From NCBI GenBank assembly GCA_011884725.1, contig GCA_011884725.1_3919.1: a stretch of DNA of 64,000 nucleotides, one strand, 5' to 3'. Below the pieces are notes generated by a model. The model saw nothing but the letters and a program-made list of their open reading frames with translations. It was not told where the DNA came from and did not search any database. The number at the start of each line of letters is the position of its first letter. Positions within the stretch are counted from its first letter, which is position 1. Position numbers and translations under genes: made by a program. Of this stretch, positions 1-10,205 are shown piece by piece. The DNA is from a phage.

Positions 1-153
1 AAAAAACAGTATGGTAAGTGGTCTACACAGATAACTTTTAAGAAGAGGGTTTACTTCTTCGGCTACTATGACACTATTGATGAAGCAGCAGAGGTTGTAA
101 ATAGGGAACGCCAACGTTTACACAAAGAGTTTGCTAATAAAGGTGATGAATGA
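1..153 (+). CDS. C-terminal fragment of AP2-domain (homing-endonuclease-associated DNA-binding) protein; 5' end outside window
   Basis: In-frame translation ...KWSTQITFKKRVYFFGYYDTIDEAAEVVNRERQRLHKEF ends at TGA 151-153; YxGxFxTxEEA pattern typical of AP2 domains at C-termini of HNH/GIY-YIG homing endonucleases. Confidence 0.5.
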   Translation, partial: KKQYGKWSTQITFKKRVYFFGYYDTIDEAAEVVNRERQRLHKEFANKGDE

Positions 154-650
154 GAAAAATAAAAGGTTTTGGCAATTGCCCTGAATATGGACATTGGGTT
201 TCACTATGTGGTGAAGTTGACCCAGCAAAGCACTTTGGTTTTGTCTACCTAGTGTACTGCAAAAAGACTGGACAGTACTATTTGGGTAAGAAACAACTTA
301 ATAGTGTGACCAAAAGAAAAGTTGCTGGCAAGACTCGGAAGAAGGTAGTCACTAAGGAAAGTGATTGGATGACTTATGAGACTTCTTCTGAGTATATTAA
401 AAAAGATATTGAGAGCTTTGGAAAAGAATTTTTTGACTTTTACATTATTCAGACCTACTACACAAAAGGTGGCCTAGTCTATGGTGAAGCAAACCTTCAA
501 CATAAATTCGATGTAATGACAAAAAGGATTGACTCTAAGCTCAGACTCTTCTACAATGCCAATATTGCAGCAATTAAGTTTATTACTAAAGAAACTTATG
601 AAGATGCTGAAAAAAGAATCCATAAGGTAATGAAAGCAAACTGTGCTTGA
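150..650 (+). CDS. hypothetical protein, possible GIY-YIG-like endonuclease
   Basis: ORF track; N-terminal FVYLVY...GQYYLGKK resembles GIY-(10-11)-YIG spacing; ATG overlaps upstream stop (ATGA). Confidence 0.35.
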   Translation: MRKIKGFGNCPEYGHWVSLCGEVDPAKHFGFVYLVYCKKTGQYYLGKKQLNSVTKRKVAGKTRKKVVTKESDWMTYETSSEYIKKDIESFGKEFFDFYIIQTYYTKGGLVYGEANLQHKFDVMTKRIDSKLRLFYNANIAAIKFITKETYEDAEKRIHKVMKANCA

Positions 651-656
651 TAACTA

Positions 657-920
657 TTGAGAGAGAATAAAATGTTTAATAAAAGCAAAGCTGTGAGTCA
701 TGTAGCAAAAGTTGACAGTAAGATTGAAGAACTTGAGCGCATTCTTGCAAATGCTAGAGAGTCGATAATTAAAGAAGTTGAAGCTGTTGAATCTCAAATG
801 CAGCACCTAATGCTTAAACGCCAAGAGCTACGTGAACATCTGGAATATATTGAAACACGAGAGCTAAAGGTTAACAGATATTTTAAGGAGTCCAAATGTT
901 TAACTCAAGAGAATCAGTAA
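657..920 (+). CDS. hypothetical protein (coiled-coil)
   Basis: ORF track, 87 aa. Confidence 0.5.
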   Translation: MRENKMFNKSKAVSHVAKVDSKIEELERILANARESIIKEVEAVESQMQHLMLKRQELREHLEYIETRELKVNRYFKESKCLTQENQ

Positions 921-1651
921 AAAACTGGAATCTTCGTTGCGGAAAAACTCAAAAACAACCATACAGTAATGAGTATTGGGAGTCTTTGAAATCTCAATCT
1001 CTGTGTATGCTTGAAGAAGCAAAAGAGCTTGTAAAAGCAATTGAAGAGAAAGACCCCATTGAGACACTGGATGCTCAGGCAGATTTGCAATATGTTCTTG
1101 ACGGTTTGATTTATCTGTCACAACATGACCACAATGGTGCTATGGAAGCTGTTTGCCATAATAATGACCTGAAGTATACAGACGACTATGAAGAAGCTTT
1201 AAAACGTCTTGCAGATATTGAGAAGCGTACTGGTCAAGAGTGTATTATCAGAATGTCAGTAGTTGATGGTAAAGAGTGGTATGCGATTGTCCGTGCAGCC
1301 GATGGGAAGATTATGAAGCAATCAAATCTCCCTAAAGTACAGCTTGGTGAATACATTGTAGAACTTGAAAGCCAAGAACTTTTTGTGGTAGTATCTGAGA
1401 CATGCGTTATCTGCAAAGGTATTGTAGGTAGCTTAAAGGATTTGGGTGTAGATGGTTTTGTAGAAGTTAATCCAATTACCTCTAAAGCAGATAAAGATTT
1501 CTGTAAAGAGAATGGACTATGGATTGCAGATATTGTCTACTATGATGGTGAGCAGTTCCATGTAACCTCATACCCGAAACTGAATTATGATGCTAATAAC
1601 CTGAAGTGCTGGTTAAAAGGGGTTGGTTATAATGGATTCACAGAACATTAA
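896..1651 (+). CDS. hypothetical protein, possible MazG-like NTP pyrophosphohydrolase N-domain
   Basis: AGGAG 5 nt upstream of ATG 896; EEAKELVKAIEEKD...LDAQADLQYVLDGLIY resembles the MazG EExxE...D motif pattern. Confidence 0.4.
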   Translation: MFNSRESVKNWNLRCGKTQKQPYSNEYWESLKSQSLCMLEEAKELVKAIEEKDPIETLDAQADLQYVLDGLIYLSQHDHNGAMEAVCHNNDLKYTDDYEEALKRLADIEKRTGQECIIRMSVVDGKEWYAIVRAADGKIMKQSNLPKVQLGEYIVELESQELFVVVSETCVICKGIVGSLKDLGVDGFVEVNPITSKADKDFCKENGLWIADIVYYDGEQFHVTSYPKLNYDANNLKCWLKGVGYNGFTEH

Positions 1652-1955
1652 TAAAGAAGGTGTGGCTCAGAAGAGCCACTTCTCAAACTACAATATCTCT
1701 ATGACGGTGTTTATGAATGACCCGTTACTTGAGAAGTATGGTGAGACTCCAGATACACTTCTGGATAATGAACAAGTTTTAAAAGCAGTTCTGTACAAAT
1801 ACGGGATTGATATTGAGAAAGAGTATTCTTTTGAAATCTGTCAACACAGGAATACTTTTGGTAAAGTTGTAATGGCTCCACTCTTCATGGGTGTAGAAAG
1901 AACTGACTATGGTTGGTTATATCTAAAAAGAAACTTGGAGAAATACCGTGTCTAA
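1623..1955 (+). CDS. hypothetical protein
   Basis: ORF track, 110 aa. Confidence 0.45.
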   Translation: MVIMDSQNINKEGVAQKSHFSNYNISMTVFMNDPLLEKYGETPDTLLDNEQVLKAVLYKYGIDIEKEYSFEICQHRNTFGKVVMAPLFMGVERTDYGWLYLKRNLEKYRV

Positions 1956-2280
1956 AGCAAAAAAGTTATCTTATGATGACATTATCTCAGGTGCTAAATT
2001 AGGTGTTGATAGTATCGGACAAGATGTTAAGCACGGAGACACAGTTATGTACTGTGACGACCGAAGAGGCAGAAGTGCAATCTTGTTTGGAAGAGTTGTT
2101 TGCAAGATGCGAGGTAATTACGTTGTTGAAGACATGAATGTGGATGTCACAAAACAGCTTGAAATAATTATGAATAGTAATATATCATGGTTCGTCAATT
2201 GTATGCACACTTCGTCAGTCACAAAGGTAAGTGATAAGTTTTACGATATGTGGCAGAATGAGCAAATTTTCAAGATTTAA
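1948..2280 (+). CDS. hypothetical protein
   Basis: ORF track, 110 aa; followed by hairpin 2285-2304. Confidence 0.5.
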   Translation: MSKAKKLSYDDIISGAKLGVDSIGQDVKHGDTVMYCDDRRGRSAILFGRVVCKMRGNYVVEDMNVDVTKQLEIIMNSNISWFVNCMHTSSVTKVSDKFYDMWQNEQIFKI

Positions 2281-2284
2281 ACTA

Positions 2285-2304
2285 GGGAGCCTCTTCGGAG
2301 GCTC
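2285..2304 (+). terminator. hairpin GGGAGCCTCTTCGGAGGCTC (TTCG loop), no clear U-run
   Basis: Direct read between the 1948 ORF and nrdA. Confidence 0.35.
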
Positions 2305-2326
2305 TTCTCATCTGTAGGATTCAAAA

Positions 2327-4561
2327 ATGATTAAGACAATTAAAAAATCAAACGGTACAGTAGTCAGCTTTGACCCAGAAAGACTGAATAAGTGGGCATC
2401 ATGGGCAGATAAGCGTGGAATTATCTGGTCAGAAGTCACTATGGAAGCCATGAAGCGTGTCTATGAGGGTTGCACTACAAAAGAGATGCACCAAGCCATG
2501 ATTGATGTTTGTGTTGATAAGCAAACTCAAGAGTACTCAGATATGGCTGGACGGCTACTTCTGGGGATTATCTACAAAGAAGCCTTTGGAGGCTTTACTA
2601 AGGTTCCTACGCTGGTTACCTTCGTTAAAAATATGGAGAGAGCAGGGCTTTGGGAGAAGATGGACTATTCTCAGGAAGAGCTTGAATATCTGCAAGGGTA
2701 CATTGTGCACTCAAAAGATATCTCTTACGGCTATGCAGTCCTGAAACAGTTCAGAGACAAGTATGGTATCCGTGATATTAAAACGGGAAGACTTTTTGAG
2801 TCACCACAATTTATGTTTATGGGTATGGCTATGAAAGCCTTCGAGAAGCAACCAAAGCACCGCAGACTGCAAGATGTTATCAAGCTGTACACTTACTTAT
2901 CTGACCTGAAGATTAACGCTCCTACGCCTTATCTGAATGGTTTACGTGCTACTAAGTCAGGTTATGCGTCATGCTGTTTGATTAAGGCGAATGATACTGC
3001 TGAATCTCTCGGTATTGCTGCAAAGGTTGCTTATGATATGACTACAAAGCAAGCTGGTATTGGTATGCTGATGGAGACTCGGACTATTGGTGATGGTATC
3101 CGTCAAAACACTATCGAACACATGGGTAAGCTGCCTTATTACAAGCTTGTACGTTCATCTGTAGAGGCAAATAAACAGAAGAGTCGTGGTGGTTCAGCTA
3201 ACAACTTCTACACCGCTCTAGACCCGCAGATTGAAGATTTACTACGTTTGAAGCACCCTACAACGGTTCCTTCTAAACGTATTAACGAGATGGACTACTC
3301 ATTTGGTACAAATGATTATTTCTGGCAGTGTGTTCAGTATGATACAGATTGGTTGCTATTCTCTTACAAAGATGCACCAAAACTTTATGATATGTTCTAC
3401 ACCGCATCTGCTGATGAGTTCGCTATGGCAGTTGGTCACGCAGTACATTCTGGTGTTAAGCACAGACGAGTAAAGGCTCGTGAAATTGCTAAACTGTTTA
3501 TCCAGCAGCGTTACGCAACAGGTCGTGTGTATCCATTCTTCACAAATAATGCAAATACACATACACCATTTAAAGAACCTTTGAAGATGTCAAATCTTTG
3601 TATGGAAATTGTATTGCCAGTATATGGCTTTGAGAAGGAGACAAACCTTTACAGAGATGATGCTGTGAAAGAGGATGGTGAGGTAGCTCTTTGCTTCCTA
3701 GCTAGTTTGGTTGCAGGGAGAATTTCAGAAGATGAATACGCTGACGTTGCTTATTATGCTCTTGCAATGGTTGACTCCGTTATTGACCTTATGGATTATC
3801 CGTATCCGTCGATGCGTAACCATGTTCAGAAGCGTCGTTCTGTTGGTATTGGCCTTACGAATGTGGCTCATTACCTTGCGAAGAACTACGTGAACTATTC
3901 TTCAAGAGTAGGTAAGACGAAGCTTCATGAGCTTGCTGAAATGCACTCTTACTACTTACACGAAGCTTCTTTAAGACTTGCTAAAGAACGTGGTGTGCCT
4001 GAGTATATGCAGTTCACTAAGTATCCTGAAGGATGGGTTCCTCCAAAGACAGCTAACAGGAAGATTGATGAGAAGCATGATGCAAAACTAAGATATGATT
4101 GGGATGACTTAGCACAACGTATCAAAGAGAACGGTGGAATCCGTAACTCTGTATTAGAGGCTTACATGCCTAATGAGAGTTCTTCTCTGGCGACTAATAC
4201 AACTAACGGCTTGTACCCAATTCGTGACTTTATTTTAACTAAAAAGTCTGCAACTGGTAACGTACTGTTTATTGTTCCAGATTATGAAGAGTTGAAGTAT
4301 GTATATGAAATTGCTTGGGATATTGATACCTTTGACCTGATTGATTGTTATGCAATTGTTCAAAAGTTCACTGGTCAAGCTATCTCTTCAGACTTCTATG
4401 TTGACTATGCAAAGTCTAAGAAGGTATCATTGGCTCAAGCTCTGAAGTACATGATTTATGCCAACTCTGTAGGTATGAAAACCATGTACTACCTTAACAG
4501 TCGCATTGGTGTAGGTAAATCTGCACTGCAAGATGCTTATTGCGAGGGTTGTGGTGTTTAG
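2327..4561 (+). CDS. nrdA: ribonucleoside-diphosphate reductase large subunit (class Ia)
   Basis: 744 aa; N-terminal ATP-cone-like segment; active-site-like SNLCMEI; C-terminal CEGCG cysteine pair; immediately upstream of the small subunit. Confidence 0.9.
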   Translation: MIKTIKKSNGTVVSFDPERLNKWASWADKRGIIWSEVTMEAMKRVYEGCTTKEMHQAMIDVCVDKQTQEYSDMAGRLLLGIIYKEAFGGFTKVPTLVTFVKNMERAGLWEKMDYSQEELEYLQGYIVHSKDISYGYAVLKQFRDKYGIRDIKTGRLFESPQFMFMGMAMKAFEKQPKHRRLQDVIKLYTYLSDLKINAPTPYLNGLRATKSGYASCCLIKANDTAESLGIAAKVAYDMTTKQAGIGMLMETRTIGDGIRQNTIEHMGKLPYYKLVRSSVEANKQKSRGGSANNFYTALDPQIEDLLRLKHPTTVPSKRINEMDYSFGTNDYFWQCVQYDTDWLLFSYKDAPKLYDMFYTASADEFAMAVGHAVHSGVKHRRVKAREIAKLFIQQRYATGRVYPFFTNNANTHTPFKEPLKMSNLCMEIVLPVYGFEKETNLYRDDAVKEDGEVALCFLASLVAGRISEDEYADVAYYALAMVDSVIDLMDYPYPSMRNHVQKRRSVGIGLTNVAHYLAKNYVNYSSRVGKTKLHELAEMHSYYLHEASLRLAKERGVPEYMQFTKYPEGWVPPKTANRKIDEKHDAKLRYDWDDLAQRIKENGGIRNSVLEAYMPNESSSLATNTTNGLYPIRDFILTKKSATGNVLFIVPDYEELKYVYEIAWDIDTFDLIDCYAIVQKFTGQAISSDFYVDYAKSKKVSLAQALKYMIYANSVGMKTMYYLNSRIGVGKSALQDAYCEGCGV

Positions 4562-4616
4562 TTTTAACAACTATGAGGGTCGTAAAAGACCCTCTAAAAA
4601 TAACTTTGGAGAGACC

Positions 4617-4874
4617 ATGAAAGATTTAATAGAAAAACATGAGCGACCAATATACTTGCTCTACAAACCCCGCAAAGCATTATACTATGTGAGCAGCACA
4701 GGTATCATGATAAAGCAGAATGATGACTTATGGGTCACTGGAGCCTCTTACATCTCTACAGCAGATGGTAAAATCTACGCAAGACCTTATGAGATGTTTA
4801 ACAAAGAAAATTGGGAAGTTTTAGACAGAAAACAAGCCTTAGAAATGATAAAGAAAGGAGAAATCACGCTATGA
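4617..4874 (+). CDS. hypothetical protein
   Basis: ATG 4617 preceded by GGAGAG; the track ORF from 4533 overlaps the nrdA end, so the start was trimmed. Confidence 0.45.
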   Translation: MKDLIEKHERPIYLLYKPRKALYYVSSTGIMIKQNDDLWVTGASYISTADGKIYARPYEMFNKENWEVLDRKQALEMIKKGEITL

Positions 4875-5944
4875 TTAACCAGCACCCAATATTTTTAGGT
4901 GGTGAGAGAAAAACTTTTGACTCACTCAATAAGCACTACCCAAAAATCTTTGAACTTTATAAACAACAAAAAGCACAAGACTGGTCAGAAGATGAGTTCC
5001 CTTTTGAACAATCACGTCTTGATTTTGAGAGTGTCCCAGCATCAATGTCAGGTGTAATGCTTGAGATTCTTAAGTGGCAATGGGAAGCAGATACTCAAGT
5101 TGCTAAGAGCTTGGCATTTGCCTTTGCACCCTTTATCTCTGATGACATCTACGCAACTGCAATTATGAAGCAGTCTGAGATTGAGAACCTTCATGCTTTG
5201 ACTTACTCAGAGATTGTAAGGCAATGTATTAAAAACCCTGAAACAATCTTAGATGAGATTAACCAGAATGTTGCTGTACAAGACCGATTAAAAACTGTGA
5301 ATCGTGTTCTTGAAGAATTACTGGATGAAGGTATAAACTATCGCCTGAGTTATGTCCGTGATTCACTTCTGGACAAAGACCCTCTACACTTCCATAAAGT
5401 GATTCTGAAAGGTCTATTTGCAGTGACTGCACTGGAAGGTATATCTTTTATGGCATCCTTTGCATGTACTTTTGCACTTGATGCTCAAGATAAATTTCAG
5501 GGTATTGCTCAAGCTGTCCAGAAAATTATGCTTGATGAAATCCTTCACACTAAAATTGATATTGAAGTTTTAAAAGAAACTTTAAGAGATGATGAGTGGC
5601 AAAAAGCTTTCCAACAAATTCTTCCAGAGATTAAAGTAATCTTAGATGAAGTAGTTGAAAGTGAAGAAAAATGGTCGTATTATATCTTCTCCGAAGGACG
5701 TGCTGTAGTTGGTTTAAATACAAAGCTTCTTCATGAGTGGGTTTACTATAATGCTGCCCCACTGTATGATATGTTTGGCATTCCCAGAGATTTTGTAGCT
5801 CCTAAAGAACCACCTTTGAAGTATATGATTAAGAAGATGGAAATTGATAAAGAGCAGAATGCTAATCAGGAGCAACAGAACGGTGCGTATTTATTGAATA
5901 CTGTTGTAGATGATTTGAATAGTGGATTTTTAGAGGTTCCTTAA
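4871..5944 (+). CDS. nrdB: ribonucleoside-diphosphate reductase small subunit (class Ia)
   Basis: Start taken at ATG 4871 (AAAGGAG upstream; track start 4811 is a TTG); ferritin-like diiron-type protein (EILHTK) following nrdA. Confidence 0.85.
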   Translation: MINQHPIFLGGERKTFDSLNKHYPKIFELYKQQKAQDWSEDEFPFEQSRLDFESVPASMSGVMLEILKWQWEADTQVAKSLAFAFAPFISDDIYATAIMKQSEIENLHALTYSEIVRQCIKNPETILDEINQNVAVQDRLKTVNRVLEELLDEGINYRLSYVRDSLLDKDPLHFHKVILKGLFAVTALEGISFMASFACTFALDAQDKFQGIAQAVQKIMLDEILHTKIDIEVLKETLRDDEWQKAFQQILPEIKVILDEVVESEEKWSYYIFSEGRAVVGLNTKLLHEWVYYNAAPLYDMFGIPRDFVAPKEPPLKYMIKKMEIDKEQNANQEQQNGAYLLNTVVDDLNSGFLEVP

Positions 5945-6186
5945 TGACTTATGTAATTTACTCCAAAACTGGATGCCCTCAGTGTGAGACTGCAAAGAAT
6001 TTTGCGAAAGCTCGTGGTATTGACCATGTTGTGAGAATGTTAGGGCAGGATTATGAACTGTCAGACCTGATGGATATTGCACAGATGCCAGTTCGTCAGA
6101 TGCCATTCATCATGAAAACTGATGGACAAAACCTAAAGCCTGTTGGGACGCTACAGAATTTTATGGCAGAGGTGAATAATGCTTAA
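5944..6186 (+). CDS. glutaredoxin-like protein (NrdH/Grx-type redoxin)
   Basis: 80 aa with CPQC active-site motif near the N-terminus, adjacent to nrdB. Confidence 0.75.
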   Translation: MTYVIYSKTGCPQCETAKNFAKARGIDHVVRMLGQDYELSDLMDIAQMPVRQMPFIMKTDGQNLKPVGTLQNFMAEVNNA

Positions 6187-6385
6187 ACGCATTTGGGAAG
6201 GTTTGGTTGTTGATGCACCAGCTATTGTGATTGGTATGCTGATTGTTAACCTATTTACTGATTTTGAACAAGGTTCGTTGTTTGGGGCCATGTTACTATG
6301 GGTTATCTTTGAAATATTAGAGATACAGTTAGGCATCACTGAAAAACTAAGAAAACTCGTTTCGAAGTTTTCTAAAAAGATTTAA
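6179..6385 (+). CDS. hypothetical small membrane protein
   Basis: ORF track; hydrophobic; followed by terminator 6393-6415. Confidence 0.45.
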   Translation: MLKRIWEGLVVDAPAIVIGMLIVNLFTDFEQGSLFGAMLLWVIFEILEIQLGITEKLRKLVSKFSKKI

Positions 6386-6392
6386 AATGAAA

Positions 6393-6415
6393 GGGTCTCT
6401 TCGGAGACCTTTTTA
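6393..6415 (+). terminator. rho-independent terminator GGGTCTC-TTCG-GAGACC + TTTTT
   Basis: Direct read. Confidence 0.65.
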
Positions 6416-6433
6416 GCATGTAAAGGGGCAATA

Positions 6434-8578
6434 ATGAACAAAGTACAGATTATTAAAAAGAATGGCTCACTTGAAGAACCTGATATCAAAAAAGTTTTAG
6501 CGGCAGTAACAAAGTCAGCTAACAGGGTTGGGTATAGAGAACTTCCACCAGATGTTACCCAAGCTCTTGAGTCAGCATTTATGAGGATTCTGGTAAAGTC
6601 CACTAAGCAGAATAATTTACTAATCTCGGTAAATGATATTCACAGTATTGTTGAGGGTGCTTTGGCAGAAGTTAATCACGAGATTTATGAGTCTTACTCA
6701 ACATATAGAAATTACCGTAAAGAGGTTGCTCAAAATTGGGATGAGCTTTACCAAAAGACCAGAGACACACTCTTCTTAGGTGACCGTGAAAATGCTAACT
6801 TTGACAGCAGTTTAATTTCTACAAAGGGTTCAATTATTCGTGGTTATCTGACTAAAGAAATCTTTAAACAATACTATTTAACACCAGAGGAACTTGAAGC
6901 CATTGAAAAAGGGTTTATCTACATCCATGACTTAAGAGACTTAATTTTTGGTGGTATTAACTGCTGCTTGTTTGACATTGGTAAAGTACTGAAAGGTGGC
7001 TTTGAAATGTCTGGCATCGAATACTGTGAACCGAAGTCTGTACTGTCAGCCTTACAAGTTATCGGTGATGTAGTTCTTTCAGCAACTGCACAGCAATTTG
7101 GTGGCTTTACTTTAGCAGAGATTGATAAGGTACTTGTACCATATGCTAAGAAGTCTCTACGCTATCATGCTGAGAAAGCATCATCTTATGGTATTCCTAA
7201 AGAGCATTACCACAATTATGTAATGGAGCAGTTACAAATTGAACTGACTCAGGGTTTTCAGTCACTTGAGATGAAACTAAATACCGTACCTTGTAGCCGT
7301 GGTGATTTTGCATTCACAACTTTAACATTTGGTTTACTTGACTCAGATATGTCTAATGAGGATAATCGACTCCAATACATGATTGCAAGTACTCTCCTAG
7401 ATGTTCGTATGAATGGACAAGGCAAGAGCAAAAAACCTGTTGTATTCCCTAAACTGGTTTATATTTATGACCAGAAGAGACATGATGAAAATATCTGTCA
7501 AGGTCACCTGTACAGTAAAGCTATTGAGTGTTGCTCTAAAGCGATGTACCCAGATTTCTTAAGTGTGTCTGGTCATGGTGCTGTAGCAGAGGCTTTTGAG
7601 CGTTCTGGTAAGGTAATTTCACCGATGGGTTGCAGAGCCTTCTTATCTCCATATTTTAATGAGGATGGGGAAGAGTTTTACGTTGGTCGTGCTAACATTG
7701 GTGCTGTATCTTTGAACTTGCCAATGATTTACCAGTACTCTAAAGAGAATGGTTTAGATTTCTGGAAAGAGCTTGATAAGTACCTAGAGATGATTCGCAA
7801 CTTCCACAAGAAACGCTACGAAATGATTGCTAATATGCCAGCAAGTTCTAACCCTCTTGCGTTCACACAAGGTGGTCTGTACAAAGGAACTAAGAAACCT
7901 ACTGACAAGGTTGGTTGGGATATTGTGAAGTCCTTCACAGCTTCTTTTGGTGTTACTGCGCTTGATGAGTTGTCTGTTCTTGCTGAAGGTAAACGACTTC
8001 ATGAAGTTGGAAGCTATAGTTTTGCATATGATGTTCTGGCATACATTAACATGAAAACCGAAGAGTTTAAAAATGAAGATGGCTTCTTATATGCCGTCTA
8101 TGGTACTCCAGCAGAATCACTATGTGGGACTCAGCTAAAACAGTTCAGAGATATGTTTGGGGTTATCAAAGGTGTTTCCGATAAGGAATACTTTACAAAC
8201 AGTTTCCATATGAATGTTGCAGCAGACATCTCACCATTTGAGAAGCAGGACTTAGAAGAGCCATTCTTCCATATCTGTAGAGGTGGTAGAATCCAGTATG
8301 TAAGAGTAGCTAACCCAGAAAACTTATCAGCACTTAAGAGTTGTATTACAAGAGGGATGTTGAAAGGTTTCTATCAGGGACTTAACTTTGACTTAGCAAT
8401 CTGTGAGCATTGTGGTAACAGACCAAAGGCTGATGTTGAAGAATGTGAGGTTTGTCATTCACATGATATCTCTGTGATTAACAGGGTGTGCGGGTACTTG
8501 TCATTCACAAAAATTAAAGGTCAGTCTCGAATGAATGACGCTAAGATGGCAGAAATTAAGGATAGGGTTTCTATGTAG
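6434..8578 (+). CDS. nrdD: anaerobic ribonucleoside-triphosphate reductase (class III)
   Basis: 714 aa; C-terminal glycyl-radical-like RVCGYL and CxxC...CxxC zinc ribbon (CEHCG...CEVCHS). Confidence 0.9.
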   Translation: MNKVQIIKKNGSLEEPDIKKVLAAVTKSANRVGYRELPPDVTQALESAFMRILVKSTKQNNLLISVNDIHSIVEGALAEVNHEIYESYSTYRNYRKEVAQNWDELYQKTRDTLFLGDRENANFDSSLISTKGSIIRGYLTKEIFKQYYLTPEELEAIEKGFIYIHDLRDLIFGGINCCLFDIGKVLKGGFEMSGIEYCEPKSVLSALQVIGDVVLSATAQQFGGFTLAEIDKVLVPYAKKSLRYHAEKASSYGIPKEHYHNYVMEQLQIELTQGFQSLEMKLNTVPCSRGDFAFTTLTFGLLDSDMSNEDNRLQYMIASTLLDVRMNGQGKSKKPVVFPKLVYIYDQKRHDENICQGHLYSKAIECCSKAMYPDFLSVSGHGAVAEAFERSGKVISPMGCRAFLSPYFNEDGEEFYVGRANIGAVSLNLPMIYQYSKENGLDFWKELDKYLEMIRNFHKKRYEMIANMPASSNPLAFTQGGLYKGTKKPTDKVGWDIVKSFTASFGVTALDELSVLAEGKRLHEVGSYSFAYDVLAYINMKTEEFKNEDGFLYAVYGTPAESLCGTQLKQFRDMFGVIKGVSDKEYFTNSFHMNVAADISPFEKQDLEEPFFHICRGGRIQYVRVANPENLSALKSCITRGMLKGFYQGLNFDLAICEHCGNRPKADVEECEVCHSHDISVINRVCGYLSFTKIKGQSRMNDAKMAEIKDRVSM

Positions 8579-8585
8579 CATACAA

Positions 8586-9143
8586 ATGAATTACGAACTA
8601 ATATATAATGCAATTATTAAGAAGGCACATTCTGAAAGGGGTGTGCCTCTTACATACTACAAATGTCAAGGTAAGGGTTATGAAAGACACCATATCATAC
8701 CAGTATGTCTAGGTGGCGATAAAATTAGTGGAGATAATATTGCTTTACTTACACCTAGAGAGCATTATATAGCTCATAAATTACTGGTTAAGATGTATCC
8801 AAACAATCATAAGTTATGGTTTGCATGGAACAGGTTAGCTCATGATGGCCTAGATAGGAAAATATCATCCAGAGACTATGAAAAGGTAAGGGCTTTGAAC
8901 TCGAAAGCTCTATCTATTGTGAATAAAGGTAGGGTTTTCACTGAAGAACATCGAAGACGATTAGGAGAATCTCAAATAGGCAATACAAAATCAAAAGGTT
9001 GTAAAAGGTCTATAGAAACAAGGAAGAAGATGTCAGAAGCCGGAAAAAAGCCAAAGAAAAAGAAAACTTGCCCTCATTGTGGTATGACTGGTGGTGCTGG
9101 TAACATGACTCGATATCATTTTGACAATTGTAAGAAAAAATAA
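8586..9143 (+). CDS. HNH homing endonuclease
   Basis: ATG 8586 just after the nrdD stop; HNH motif YERHHIIPVCLGGDKISGDNIALLTPREHYIAHK; basic C-terminus with CPHCG zinc-finger-like pair. Confidence 0.75.
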   Translation: MNYELIYNAIIKKAHSERGVPLTYYKCQGKGYERHHIIPVCLGGDKISGDNIALLTPREHYIAHKLLVKMYPNNHKLWFAWNRLAHDGLDRKISSRDYEKVRALNSKALSIVNKGRVFTEEHRRRLGESQIGNTKSKGCKRSIETRKKMSEAGKKPKKKKTCPHCGMTGGAGNMTRYHFDNCKKK

Positions 9144-9307
9144 CCTTATGTAAAACTTGACAAGGTGGTGTGGGTCTTGATAGGCTTACATCACCTTTTT
9201 TATTGGATGTTAGATATGGCAGAGAGTATTATTGGGTTGTTCATAGGTTCTGTCTTACTAGGGTTCTTTTTAGGACTCTCTTATTGTGAATTAAGAGGCA
9301 AGTTAAA

Positions 9308-9508
9308 ATGTTTAAAATATCAAAAGCGTTGATATACATTCTCCACATTCTAATCTTCTTCTTTGGGGTTAGTGTTATGGTATGGGGTTTTTCAGACCCA
9401 CAATGGAGTTTCGCATATCAGGGTCAGATGGATTTATGGTCATGCTTCAAACCATTTTTAGGGTTAGTCATAGCATTCAGTGCATTGCCAACTAAGGTGA
9501 AATTATGA
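9308..9508 (+). CDS. hypothetical small membrane protein
   Basis: ORF track, 66 aa, hydrophobic. Confidence 0.4.
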   Translation: MFKISKALIYILHILIFFFGVSVMVWGFSDPQWSFAYQGQMDLWSCFKPFLGLVIAFSALPTKVKL

Positions 9509-9900
9509 TTAAGTTGAACAAAAAACAGTTAGAGTGGATTAAAGATTATGCCTCAGAGTGTGGCTCTTGCGAAAAGAATCACGTAAGATATTCAACATTC
9601 CATACGACCTTCACATTGTACATCAGCGACAACGTTCTAAGTGATTCCGTAGAAGATGGTGTAGCGTTACCTAATGAATTGCTTGACAAATTAGCTGTAG
9701 TCTCTGGAACTTGGTCTGAAGAAGACGGTCATGAATTATCTAACGATGTTGTCTTCTACACTCTTGAAAATATTATGAATCCAGAGTACATTATGCTAAT
9801 GACTTGTGCACAAGATTGTGTGCCATTACAAAACTTCATTAAAGAACACTGCGAAGAATTTATTACTAAACAGGTTCCTTGTCAGGTGGTGTTTGAATGA
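9505..9900 (+). CDS. hypothetical protein
   Basis: ORF track; start overlaps upstream stop. Confidence 0.5.
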   Translation: MIKLNKKQLEWIKDYASECGSCEKNHVRYSTFHTTFTLYISDNVLSDSVEDGVALPNELLDKLAVVSGTWSEEDGHELSNDVVFYTLENIMNPEYIMLMTCAQDCVPLQNFIKEHCEEFITKQVPCQVVFE

Positions 9901-10196
9901 GTAAAACAATTCGAAGAAAAGGTTTAAAGAACGTTCATGGACTCTATGAGTGGAGAAATGAGGTACGTAACAGAGAAAATGCTTCAGATGTCTACTTCCA
10001 TTCTGATATGATGTCCAGAAAAGGTGGCTCTTACGACTTCACAAGCCAGCCTTGTAGAGAGATTAAGAAGGCCACTAAACGTCTTACAAGAACACAAATA
10101 AGGCAGCTTTCTAAGACATCCTTCTTAGATGAAGATTTTGATATTGATAGCAAGTCTCCAAAGAAAGCCGCTAAGAACACTTATATGTATTGGTGA
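9897..10196 (+). CDS. hypothetical protein
   Basis: ORF track; start overlaps upstream stop. Confidence 0.5.
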   Translation: MSKTIRRKGLKNVHGLYEWRNEVRNRENASDVYFHSDMMSRKGGSYDFTSQPCREIKKATKRLTRTQIRQLSKTSFLDEDFDIDSKSPKKAAKNTYMYW

Positions 10197-10205
10197 GGTA
10201 ACTAG